Source: Phycisphaerae bacterium
GTDB lineage: Bacteria; Planctomycetota; Phycisphaerae; UBA1845; Fen-1342
Direction: 5' to 3'
Assembly (NCBI GenBank): GCA_963675745.2
Contig: CAXXWX010000006.1
Span: 192,001-256,000, forward strand
DNA: 64,000 nucleotides
Shown: piece by piece, positions 17,630-25,813 of the stretch
How the letters are laid out: every line of letters begins with the position of its first letter
Numbering within the stretch: position 1 is the first letter of the stretch
Notes under the pieces: model-generated
What the model saw: only the letters and a program-made list of their open reading frames with translations
What the model was told of the DNA's origin: nothing
Database searches by the model: none
Position numbers and translations under genes: made by a program

Positions 17630-20242
17630 ATGTACCGACCATTTGTTTTGGCTGTTCTGCTGACCACCGTGTTCGCCGGAAGCCACCCCACCGCGATCGC
17701 CGCCGGCCATCGTGACTGGACAGTTGTCCCGTTGGGTTCGTTCCAGTTGGACCAGGATGAGCAGGATATCGTGATTCGCCGTCCATACGATCGTTTCGGC
17801 GTAATTCAAACGCCGATCGCGTTGCTGGCCGTGCCGGACCGGGCACAGATTGCATCGGGCGAACCGATGAAGATCACGATGTCGATCGGGGAGACAACCT
17901 TTCCTGAGTGGAACATCGACTCGCCGGGGCAGATCTACGTCATCGGTGTCGAAGTCCAACAACGGCATGCCACCCAAGCAAACGCCGCCCTGACAATGCA
18001 CGTGCGTGTTGAAGGTGCGGCGGCGCCGGTACAGTTGATCGCCAGCGCCCCACCAGACCTTTGTCTGGCCGGCGCCCACTGGGTTGGACCGCTGGCCGCG
18101 CGTGTGGAGCAGTTGGAACGCGGGTTGCCTCGCGAGTACCTGACCGCGGCCCTGGCGAGCAACGTTGTGCCACTGGATCAGGCGCGGGCGGAGTTTGCCC
18201 GCCTGTCCGAATCCGCCGATCCGCGGATCGCCAGATATGCCCGCGAGAAACTCCGGCGGATCGACTTCGTCATCGCGGAGCGCAGTGCATCCGAGGATTT
18301 CGCCGGCCACTATCGCCTCGGCCTCTACGCACAGCAGTGCGGGCTTTACCGACACGCCCTGACGCACTTCGCCATGGCGACGTCGTTCGACGGTGCAAGT
18401 GCGTTTGAACGCAGCGACGCTCTGTACCGGCTGGCGGAGGCGATGATGCGCTGTGGGGAGCCCATCAGCCGCGTGGCCGACGTGGCGGAGCAGGCCGGCA
18501 TCGCGGCGGCCGTCAAAGCCAACACCTGGGATGTCTGCCTGGCCGTCCTGATGGCCGAGCACACCGACGAGGTCAGTGAAGACGGGGCCGCGACAGAACC
18601 GAAGCGCATGCGCCCAGATCAGATCGAGACGTTGAAGCGCGACTGGGGGATTGTGGAGAAGATGGTTTTCGGTGCTTCCGGCGGCTACTTGCGCCTCAAG
18701 ACGCGAGTCATCCAGGTACCCAGCAACCAGCGCGTTGCTTACGACGTCTTCGGCGGTTGGTTACCGGGGCCGGCCGACGGGTTTCTCAGCCAGCGTGGCG
18801 ATGTTGACGTTGTCATGTCGTTTCGGCCCGGAGGGGCTTCGGTGACAGGCGGCGCCGATTGTGGCCCCGACGGTTCCGCAATGGTGGACATTGGCCCGGA
18901 ACGCGGATGGGAGGTCTTTCTTCACGAGTGGAACCACTCGTTCGACTGGGCACGCATCACCGGGGAGACTTGCGCAGGCTATCCAATCACACACCATTCA
19001 GATGGTTGCGGATACCAGCCCATTCCGTCCATGGGCTATGGACATCTTTCCAGTATGCGCTACTGGGCCCCACCGGGCATGTACCAACGCACCGAGCTGG
19101 CGGATACCGACCCCGGCACGGGTTATGTCCGCAACTGGTGGCTGGGCCAGCCGCACGCCATTGACGATGATCCCCCCGCCCAGGGCACGCCAACCGCACG
19201 ACACGCGCGTGAATTCGGCCCGGATCGCTTCAGTGAAGCCGACAGAGACTACAGCGGATTCGACGGCAACTTCATCGACCTGCTTCCCCATCTAACCGAG
19301 ACTTTGGGCGCCGAGCGCCCCGTCTGGTGTGTCACGCAGGCGACCACGCATGTCTGGTCTCCCGAGCGGCGCGCCGTACGCCTGTGGCTTGGTCACAATG
19401 ATGGCATGGCGGTCTGGGTCAATAACGAGCTGGTGCATCGGGGGGATTACTACGCCATCGCGAAGTTTGAGGACCAGAACTGGCCCAACATGGCGTGTAC
19501 GGGGGCCCTGCTGCTGCAAGGTTGGAACCGGATTGACGTGGCGGTCGAATCATGGCCGGCGCCGTTCGACAAAGGCTATGGGTTCTCGGTTCGCATCTGT
19601 GATTACGACAACCATGAGATTCCGGATCTGAAGATCGCCACGGCGGGCAGTGACGCACCGACGACAATTGCTCCCGACGCGCTCGCCCCGCGTTTCGGGA
19701 GGTTCTACAAGTGGGATCAGGTGCGCGACGACTACTACTGGAAACTCCCGCGCATTACCGCCGAGGACTTGCGCGATCATTGCGGGCTGGCTGACGGCGC
19801 CACGCTTTCCGTCGTGAGCAACATCGGCCCCACCAAGGGCTTTCTGGCCATTGGAGCATCGTCGGACAAGAGCGATGGCACGCTGCTACCGATCCCCGAC
19901 GATTGGGACCGCGAGCGCGATCGTGACGAGCGGGTCAACAACATCATGGACTACAACCGCGAGGCGATCGCGGTCTACCCGTTCGAGATGCGCGGGCAAA
20001 CTCGGCATCTGCTGATCATGCGGCCGGAAGCGGTCGGCCCATATCTCAAATGTCTCAACGAAGCCCCCGACGCAGCACGCGTGTACGCGGATAAGCCGGT
20101 GAGCGATCGCATTGTCGGGTATCTGCTGACCGGCCGGAACATCGGTGAGCAGGAGGGTGTCCGCGCCTGGGTTGTGGCGGAGGCGATGCTGCCCGCGCCG
20201 CTGCCGCTTGATGAGGAAGATCTGCTGGCGCCGCTGCCATAG
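17630..20242 (+). CDS. Large secreted multidomain protein with TPR-like helices and an HEXXH zinc motif
   Basis: GGAG RBS; signal peptide; HYRLGLYAQQCG...ALYRLAEA helices; FLHEWNHSF; LWLGHNDGMAVWVN beta-sandwich segment. Confidence 0.7.
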   Translation: MYRPFVLAVLLTTVFAGSHPTAIAAGHRDWTVVPLGSFQLDQDEQDIVIRRPYDRFGVIQTPIALLAVPDRAQIASGEPMKITMSIGETTFPEWNIDSPGQIYVIGVEVQQRHATQANAALTMHVRVEGAAAPVQLIASAPPDLCLAGAHWVGPLAARVEQLERGLPREYLTAALASNVVPLDQARAEFARLSESADPRIARYAREKLRRIDFVIAERSASEDFAGHYRLGLYAQQCGLYRHALTHFAMATSFDGASAFERSDALYRLAEAMMRCGEPISRVADVAEQAGIAAAVKANTWDVCLAVLMAEHTDEVSEDGAATEPKRMRPDQIETLKRDWGIVEKMVFGASGGYLRLKTRVIQVPSNQRVAYDVFGGWLPGPADGFLSQRGDVDVVMSFRPGGASVTGGADCGPDGSAMVDIGPERGWEVFLHEWNHSFDWARITGETCAGYPITHHSDGCGYQPIPSMGYGHLSSMRYWAPPGMYQRTELADTDPGTGYVRNWWLGQPHAIDDDPPAQGTPTARHAREFGPDRFSEADRDYSGFDGNFIDLLPHLTETLGAERPVWCVTQATTHVWSPERRAVRLWLGHNDGMAVWVNNELVHRGDYYAIAKFEDQNWPNMACTGALLLQGWNRIDVAVESWPAPFDKGYGFSVRICDYDNHEIPDLKIATAGSDAPTTIAPDALAPRFGRFYKWDQVRDDYYWKLPRITAEDLRDHCGLADGATLSVVSNIGPTKGFLAIGASSDKSDGTLLPIPDDWDRERDRDERVNNIMDYNREAIAVYPFEMRGQTRHLLIMRPEAVGPYLKCLNEAPDAARVYADKPVSDRIVGYLLTGRNIGEQEGVRAWVVAEAMLPAPLPLDEEDLLAPLP

Positions 20243-20272
20243 GTAATCGGCGACCGGGTACGATGAGCACCG

Positions 20273-20938
20273 ATGGCTCCGGATTCGGATGCAAACGAAC
20301 GCAGCGCTGAGCGCGAGCGGATGGTGCGCGAGCAGCTTGCAGGGCGGGGGGTCGCGGCGTCGCGCGTGTTGGACGCCATGCGTAGCGTTCCGCGTGAGTG
20401 GTTCATGGCCGCCGACCTGCAAGGGCGGGCGTACTCCGACGCCGCCCACCCTATCGACTGCGGGCAGACGATCTCCCAACCTTACATGGTGGCGCGCATG
20501 ACTGAGTGCCTGGCGCTCAGTGGCGGCGAGCGCGTGCTGGAAATCGGGACGGGCTCCGGATACCAGACGTCGATCCTGGCACTGCTCGCCGGCCACATAT
20601 ACACGGTGGAGTGGCACCTGCTCCTGATGAACAAGGCGGCCGACTGCCTCGCGCGACTCAGTCTCGCTAATGTGACCTATCGCTGCGGCGACGGTTCAGT
20701 CGGTTGGCCCGAGCACGCGCCGTATGAGGCGATCCTGGTGGCGGCCGGCGCTCCCGAGGTGCCCGAGGCGCTGTGCGAGCAACTGGCCGACGGCGGGCGT
20801 CTGGTGATTCCGGTGGGCGATGCGCACGAACAGACACTCATCACGGTCACCAGGTGCGGGGATCATTACGAGCGCGACGTGGGGCTGCGCTGCCGGTTCG
20901 TGAAGCTTGTCGGGCAGGCCGGCTGGCAGGCGCGTTAG
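20273..20938 (+). CDS. pcm: Protein-L-isoaspartate O-methyltransferase
   Basis: GQTISQPYMVA, VLEIGTGSGYQ and GDGSVGWPEHAPY motifs. Confidence 0.94.
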   Translation: MAPDSDANERSAERERMVREQLAGRGVAASRVLDAMRSVPREWFMAADLQGRAYSDAAHPIDCGQTISQPYMVARMTECLALSGGERVLEIGTGSGYQTSILALLAGHIYTVEWHLLLMNKAADCLARLSLANVTYRCGDGSVGWPEHAPYEAILVAAGAPEVPEALCEQLADGGRLVIPVGDAHEQTLITVTRCGDHYERDVGLRCRFVKLVGQAGWQAR

Positions 20939-21999
20939 ACGTTGAACTTGAACGTGATAAGATCGCCGTCCTGCACGATGTAGTGCTTGTGCTCCTGGCG
21001 CACCACGCCGGCCGACTTGGCCTCTCTGAAGTCTCCGGCGGCGAACAGGTCCTTGAACGCCACCGTTTCGGCACGGATGAACCCGCGCGCGATATCCGTG
21101 TGGATTTTGCCGGCGGCATCCACGGCGCAGGTGCCCTTGGGAATGGCCCAGGCGCGGACCTCTTCCGGGCCACCACCCGTGAGGAAACAAATCATGCCGA
21201 GCGCATCGAAGCAGGCGCGGATGATGCGATCACGGGCCAGGGCGCGAATTCCATAGCCATCCATGAACTCGCGCCGGTCCGCCGGATCGACCAGCGCGAT
21301 TTCGGCCTCGAGAGCGGCGGAAAGCGCAAACGTATCCGCCGCGTGCGGGTCACGAAACGCCGGTTCCTGCCCAATCTGGTCCTCGCCGATGTTGATCAAG
21401 GCGACCAACGGCTTCTGCGTGAGAAAGCCGAAGCTGCGGAGCATCTTCTCGGGCTCGCCCGGTTGGACGATCTCGCTGAGCGGGCGTTCGCGTTCGAGCG
21501 CATCCTGGCAATGGCGCAGCAGCTCGAGCTCGCGTTTCTGGGTGTCGCGGTCCTTGGTGGGTTTTCCGATCGCCTTCTCCAGCTTTTCCACGCGGCTGGA
21601 GCAGATCAGAAGATCCGCCAACAACATCTCGTCACGAAGTTGTGAGAAATCTCGCTTTGGGTCAATCGTGGGCGCGTGGCTCGGAACCGATTCCGACTCG
21701 AATGCCCGGAGCACCACCAGCAGCGCGTCCGACTGGCGCAGTGTCGGCAGGTGCTTCTCCAGCCCCGCCCGCTCACCGTCACCTTCACCGCTGCCGGGGA
21801 GGTCGACGAACTCCATCACCGCTTCGGTCAGCCGTTTGGGCTTGAACAGCTTGTACAGAAACTCCAGGCGTGGTTCGGGGATCTTGACGGCGGCGAGCGT
21901 CTCATCGGCCATGTGCGCCGGATCCACCGTGATGCCCGAGACTGCCGTAAAAACGGCCGATTTCCCCGAATAAGGGAATCCGACAATTGTCACGCGCAT
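20935..21999 (-). CDS. ychF: Redox-regulated ATPase YchF (Obg-like)
   Basis: GFPYSGKS, EFVDLPG, EVRAW, AGKIHTDIARGFIRAE and YIVQDGD motifs. Confidence 0.88.
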   Translation of the reverse strand: MRVTIVGFPYSGKSAVFTAVSGITVDPAHMADETLAAVKIPEPRLEFLYKLFKPKRLTEAVMEFVDLPGSGEGDGERAGLEKHLPTLRQSDALLVVLRAFESESVPSHAPTIDPKRDFSQLRDEMLLADLLICSSRVEKLEKAIGKPTKDRDTQKRELELLRHCQDALERERPLSEIVQPGEPEKMLRSFGFLTQKPLVALINIGEDQIGQEPAFRDPHAADTFALSAALEAEIALVDPADRREFMDGYGIRALARDRIIRACFDALGMICFLTGGGPEEVRAWAIPKGTCAVDAAGKIHTDIARGFIRAETVAFKDLFAAGDFREAKSAGVVRQEHKHYIVQDGDLITFKFNV

Positions 22000-22113
22000 C
22001 GAACCGCTCCTCGAACCGTATGGCCAGTGCCCAGGAACCTACAGCGATACCAACGCCCCACAGCGGCCTGCGTTTTGCAGGCCAGTGCGGCAAACCGGCG
22101 TTTCCGCCGTCCT

Positions 22114-22139
22114 ACGGCCGGCGGGGCGCCGGCCGCTAC
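22114..22139. repeat. GTAG-type REP palindrome copy
   Basis: acggccggcggggcgccggccgctac; related copies at 23435, 23489, 42841 and 49738. Confidence 0.75.
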
Positions 22140-22287
22140 ATTGCAGCACGCCGCAAACGATCACTACACCGGACATCCAGGTCCACCATCGCGAAGTACA
22201 CGCATGATTCGCGGCCGCGCGAGCGCGACGGACCGCTAAGCCTTGTCTGTCATTCCGGCCGATGTACAATAGCGTCGGTGATGGCGC

Positions 22288-22899
22288 GTGGATAGGCAAG
22301 CCATCAGATTCGAGTCCTGTGGGGATCGGGTGTCTGTGCGCAATCCACTGAGCGATCTGAGGATACAGTTCCTCAAACTGGCGGGACTGGCCGTCCTGGT
22401 GCCGCTGTTGCAGGGTTGCCCGCCAGAGGACTTCCCCAACGCCATCGATGCACTTCAGCCTGAAGTGGATGAGATCATCAATGACCCGGTGAATACGCCC
22501 CAGGAACGACGCGAGGCGCTGGCGGCACTTGGTCTGAGTCCGGCGACCATCAACGGGCTGCTGCAGTCGGAACGAACCGGAAACCAGTTCGGCGGCACCT
22601 TGAGGTCGGCGTATGCCAAAGTGACCGAGCCGGCGTTCGCCGAATTGACCCCCGACGAGGTTCAACTCTACGCCGACGCTGTCGCCGAGGCAGATTCCAC
22701 CGTGGCGTATAGCCTGAGTGACGTACAAGCGCAGGAAGTGCAGAGCGCGTTTGTGGCAAACGCGCTGAACTCTCCGGCCGACGTGGAAGCGTTCCTGTCC
22801 GACCCCACCAAGGATGTGCCGGGGAGCACTACCGTTGCGGTGCTACAGGATGTGTTCGTTGACTTCGACCCAGAGGAAGTTGTGGACCAGATACCATAA
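22288..22899 (+). CDS. Hypothetical acidic lipoprotein (start uncertain)
   Basis: Lipobox-like LLQGC followed by an acidic helical domain. Confidence 0.62.
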   Translation: MDRQAIRFESCGDRVSVRNPLSDLRIQFLKLAGLAVLVPLLQGCPPEDFPNAIDALQPEVDEIINDPVNTPQERREALAALGLSPATINGLLQSERTGNQFGGTLRSAYAKVTEPAFAELTPDEVQLYADAVAEADSTVAYSLSDVQAQEVQSAFVANALNSPADVEAFLSDPTKDVPGSTTVAVLQDVFVDFDPEEVVDQIP

Positions 22900-22911
22900 G
22901 GAGATGGCGCA

Positions 22912-23283
22912 ATGCTTTGTAAGCGGACTATCGCAGTTACCCTCGTGCTCGCGACGGCACTAATGATCGCCGGGTGCCCGGCCGCGGCCACCGACAACTC
23001 GAATCCCGTCACGCGATTGGCCAACGCCGCCTCGGGCGCCGGTAAGATCGCCAACGGCGTCATGACCACGGTGACCCCCGCGGAAGTCGAGGCGATGGCG
23101 ATGACCATCAACGAGTTCAACCCGGAAGTGCCGGCGATCAGCCAGGCCGAAGCGCAGGTCATCATCAATTTCCTGATTGCCAACAACATCAACACGGTGG
23201 AAGACGTCGAAAACCTCGACCCGGCGACCGTGGAAATCCCGGAAGGGCTCGAGGACCTGATCCTGCACTACACCGAGATCTGA
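22912..23283 (+). CDS. Hypothetical small lipoprotein
   Basis: TAAGGAG RBS; leader ending MIAGC. Confidence 0.7.
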   Translation: MLCKRTIAVTLVLATALMIAGCPAAATDNSNPVTRLANAASGAGKIANGVMTTVTPAEVEAMAMTINEFNPEVPAISQAEAQVIINFLIANNINTVEDVENLDPATVEIPEGLEDLILHYTEI

Positions 23284-23332
23284 TCGGCTGACGGTTTCTG
23301 CTGTAACTGTCAACGTAATCCGGAATCCGAGA

Positions 23333-23370
23333 CGACGAACATCCCTGCTTGATAGCAGGGGTGTTCGTCG
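23333..23370 (+). terminator. Stem-loop downstream of the lipoprotein pair
   Basis: cgacgaacatccctgct-tgat-agcaggggtgttcgtcg (17-bp stem). Confidence 0.65.
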
Positions 23371-23434
23371 CGTCTAATATTGGCGTAGCGTCACGCATGG
23401 TTCGATCAGCCGGCGAAGGTTGCCCGCACATGGC

Positions 23435-23514
23435 GTGGCGGCCGGCGCCGCGCCGGCCGTGGAAGATCGGTGACGCCGTTTTGTGGCGACGGCCTGCGAG
23501 GCGCAGGCCGCTAC
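23435..23514. repeat. Inverted doublet of REP palindromes (REPIN/BIME-like)
   Basis: gtggcggccggcgccgcgccggccgt (23435-23460) and acggcctgcgaggcgcaggccgctac (23489-23514). Confidence 0.7.
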
Positions 23515-23569
23515 GGTGTTGCAAGTGCCAGGCGGTTTGATCGGAGGCGCGCTCCGGAGACCCAGGCGG

Positions 23570-24238
23570 ATGTTCACAGGCATCATTGAGACTGTCGCCG
23601 AGATCGTCACTGCCCGGCCGGGCAGCGCCGTGGCCGGCGCCTCGACAGGTGCGATGCGTCTTGAACTGCGCCTGGGAAGGATGCTCGACGAGATCAGAGA
23701 CGGGGCCAGTGTGGCGGTCAACGGCGTGTGCCTGACGCTTGCCGGCCGACGTGGGGAAATCGCCTGCTTTGACGTTGTCCCCGAGACGTGGCAACGCTCA
23801 AACCTCCGGCTTCTGCGGCCGGGCGACGCGGTCAATATCGAGCGCGCACTTCGGATGGGGGACCGCCTTGACGGTCATTTTGTGCAGGGACACGTGGACG
23901 CAATCGGCCGGTTGGACTCGATTGATCGCGCCGGCGCGGAGTGGAAACTGTGGGTGGCGCTGGCGGCTGAGCCATTGACCTATATCGCTGCAAAGGGCTC
24001 TGTCGCTATCGACGGAATCAGCCTGACCGTCGTTGACGTCGAGTCCGAGCGGTTTTCCGTCGCCATCATTCCCACAACACTGCGCGAGACAAACCTGTCG
24101 CGCCGCGCCCCGGGTGACCAGCTCAACATCGAGACGGACTATCTTGCCCGGCTGGTAATAGGCCGACTGATGGCGCCGCGCGCCACTGGTGGTGGCCTGA
24201 CACTGGACAAGTTGCGCGACGCGGGATTTGCGACATGA
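23570..24238 (+). CDS. ribE: Riboflavin synthase (alpha chain)
   Basis: N-terminal MFTGII, SVAVNGVCLT, GHFVQGHVD and KGSVAIDGISLT motifs. Confidence 0.95.
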   Translation: MFTGIIETVAEIVTARPGSAVAGASTGAMRLELRLGRMLDEIRDGASVAVNGVCLTLAGRRGEIACFDVVPETWQRSNLRLLRPGDAVNIERALRMGDRLDGHFVQGHVDAIGRLDSIDRAGAEWKLWVALAAEPLTYIAAKGSVAIDGISLTVVDVESERFSVAIIPTTLRETNLSRRAPGDQLNIETDYLARLVIGRLMAPRATGGGLTLDKLRDAGFAT

Positions 24239-25290
24239 ACGCGCAGCCCGAAAACACTGGTGGCCGGCCACTGATCGGCATCACGATGGGTGATCCGCTG
24301 GGCATCGGCCCCGAGGTGATTGTCAAAGCGCTGGCCGACGCCGACCTGCGCCGCAAGGCGCGCTACCTGGTCTATGGGTTCCATGACGCGCTGGAACTGG
24401 CGGCGGACCAGGCCGAGATCGATGTGTATTGGTGGCGCGAGCCGTACGATCACGGACCGCGGGTGGGCAGCGGCGTGCTGGTGGCCGATTTCGACGACAT
24501 TCGTCCGCCGCGGATAAACGGCGTGCGCGAGGCGGACGCACTGGCCGGCAATGCCTCGCTACAGTTCGTTGAAGAGGCGATCCGCAATCTGCGTGCCGAT
24601 GCGATCGACGCCCTCGTGACGGCCCCGATCAGCAAAGAGGCCTGGAGCCTGGTCAAGCAACGCAGTACCGGTCACACCGAACTGCTGGCGCGACGTTTTA
24701 ACACGCGGCGGGTGACCATGATGTTCGCCGCCCCCCAGTTGCGCGTAGCCCTGGCCAGCACGCACGTGCCCCTCTTTGAGTTGAGAAATCACTTCACCAT
24801 CGGGCTGGTCCATCAGCCAATTGACCTGCTGGATCGCGCCCTGCGCGAGTGGTTCGGCATCGCGCGACCGTTGATTGGTGTGCTGGGGCTGAACCCACAC
24901 GCGGGTGAGGCCGGCCTGCTCGGCGATGAGGAGCGGCGCGTCATCGAACCCGCAATTGCCATGGCGCGCAACAGCGGCATTCGGGTCAGTGGCCCCCTGA
25001 CCCCCGACACCGCTTTCTCCAGCGCTTCGATCGAGCGGTTTGACGGCTTCGTGGCCATGTACCATGACCAGGGATTGATCCCGGTGAAACTGCTCGCCTT
25101 CCATGAGGCCGTCAATCTGACACTCGGCCTCGGCGCGATTCGCACCAGCCCCGACCACGGGACGGCGTTTGATATCGCCGGCAAAAACCTCGCCCATCCC
25201 GGCAGCATGCGCGCCGCGATCGAGTTGGCAATTCGCTTGGCGCAGGTGCGCGGAAACGCGACGGCCACGGCGTCAACAGTGACACCTTGA
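24235..25290 (+). CDS. pdxA: 4-hydroxythreonine-4-phosphate dehydrogenase PdxA
   Basis: GITMGDPLGIGPE, GHTE, GLNPHAGE, AMYHDQG and RTSPDHGTAFDIAG motifs. Confidence 0.94.
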   Translation: MNAQPENTGGRPLIGITMGDPLGIGPEVIVKALADADLRRKARYLVYGFHDALELAADQAEIDVYWWREPYDHGPRVGSGVLVADFDDIRPPRINGVREADALAGNASLQFVEEAIRNLRADAIDALVTAPISKEAWSLVKQRSTGHTELLARRFNTRRVTMMFAAPQLRVALASTHVPLFELRNHFTIGLVHQPIDLLDRALREWFGIARPLIGVLGLNPHAGEAGLLGDEERRVIEPAIAMARNSGIRVSGPLTPDTAFSSASIERFDGFVAMYHDQGLIPVKLLAFHEAVNLTLGLGAIRTSPDHGTAFDIAGKNLAHPGSMRAAIELAIRLAQVRGNATATASTVTP

Positions 25291-25369
25291 CTCGCCGCGT
25301 TGGGCGTACAAGCTTGTGAAATGCTACGAGCGGGCGCGCGTCCTTAAACTAATGGCCGCTGCCGAGACG

Positions 25370-25579
25370 CTACACCATGGGCAGGTCAATGGCGGCTTCA
25401 CCCATCAGGTACTGCACCAGGGCCGCTATGGCCGTCGCCGCCAGACTGGTTCCCGCCTCACCCGCCCCGGTGAGCACCGTTTCGCGCACATCAGACTGGC
25501 AATTGGTGAGAACCGCGGCCAAGCCACCGGTGGCGAACACAAGCCAGCGTAGCTGAGCACTTCTGAACCACATACGCAT
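25370..25579 (-). CDS. Small hypothetical lipoprotein-like protein (69 aa)
   Basis: GGAG 7 nt upstream of ATG at 25579; MRMWFRSAQLRWLVFATGGLAAVLTNC leader. Confidence 0.5.
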   Translation of the reverse strand: MRMWFRSAQLRWLVFATGGLAAVLTNCQSDVRETVLTGAGEAGTSLAATAIAALVQYLMGEAAIDLPMV

Positions 25580-25813
25580 CGGACAACTCCTGCATTCCGC
25601 GGCTGCACGACAGCGCCAGCCGGCTTGAACGGTTCGTACGCGTCCCCTGTCTCTGTGCGTATCATCGGCCAGTCCGGCAGGGCGGATTAGCACTCGGCGG
25701 GGGCACACTGTGAGGGATATGGGCGCATTAACTGCGCGACGGCGATCCGGCTTGCGTCAGTTGGGACGACGCGGAGCTCGTATTCCCGGCAACCGATCCT
25801 TGTGCATTACGCC

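Noticed and set aside
23284..23569. FMN riboswitch before ribE
   Set aside because: No AGGGCGGGGUGAAAUUCCC-type consensus; the region is explained by a terminator and a REP doublet.
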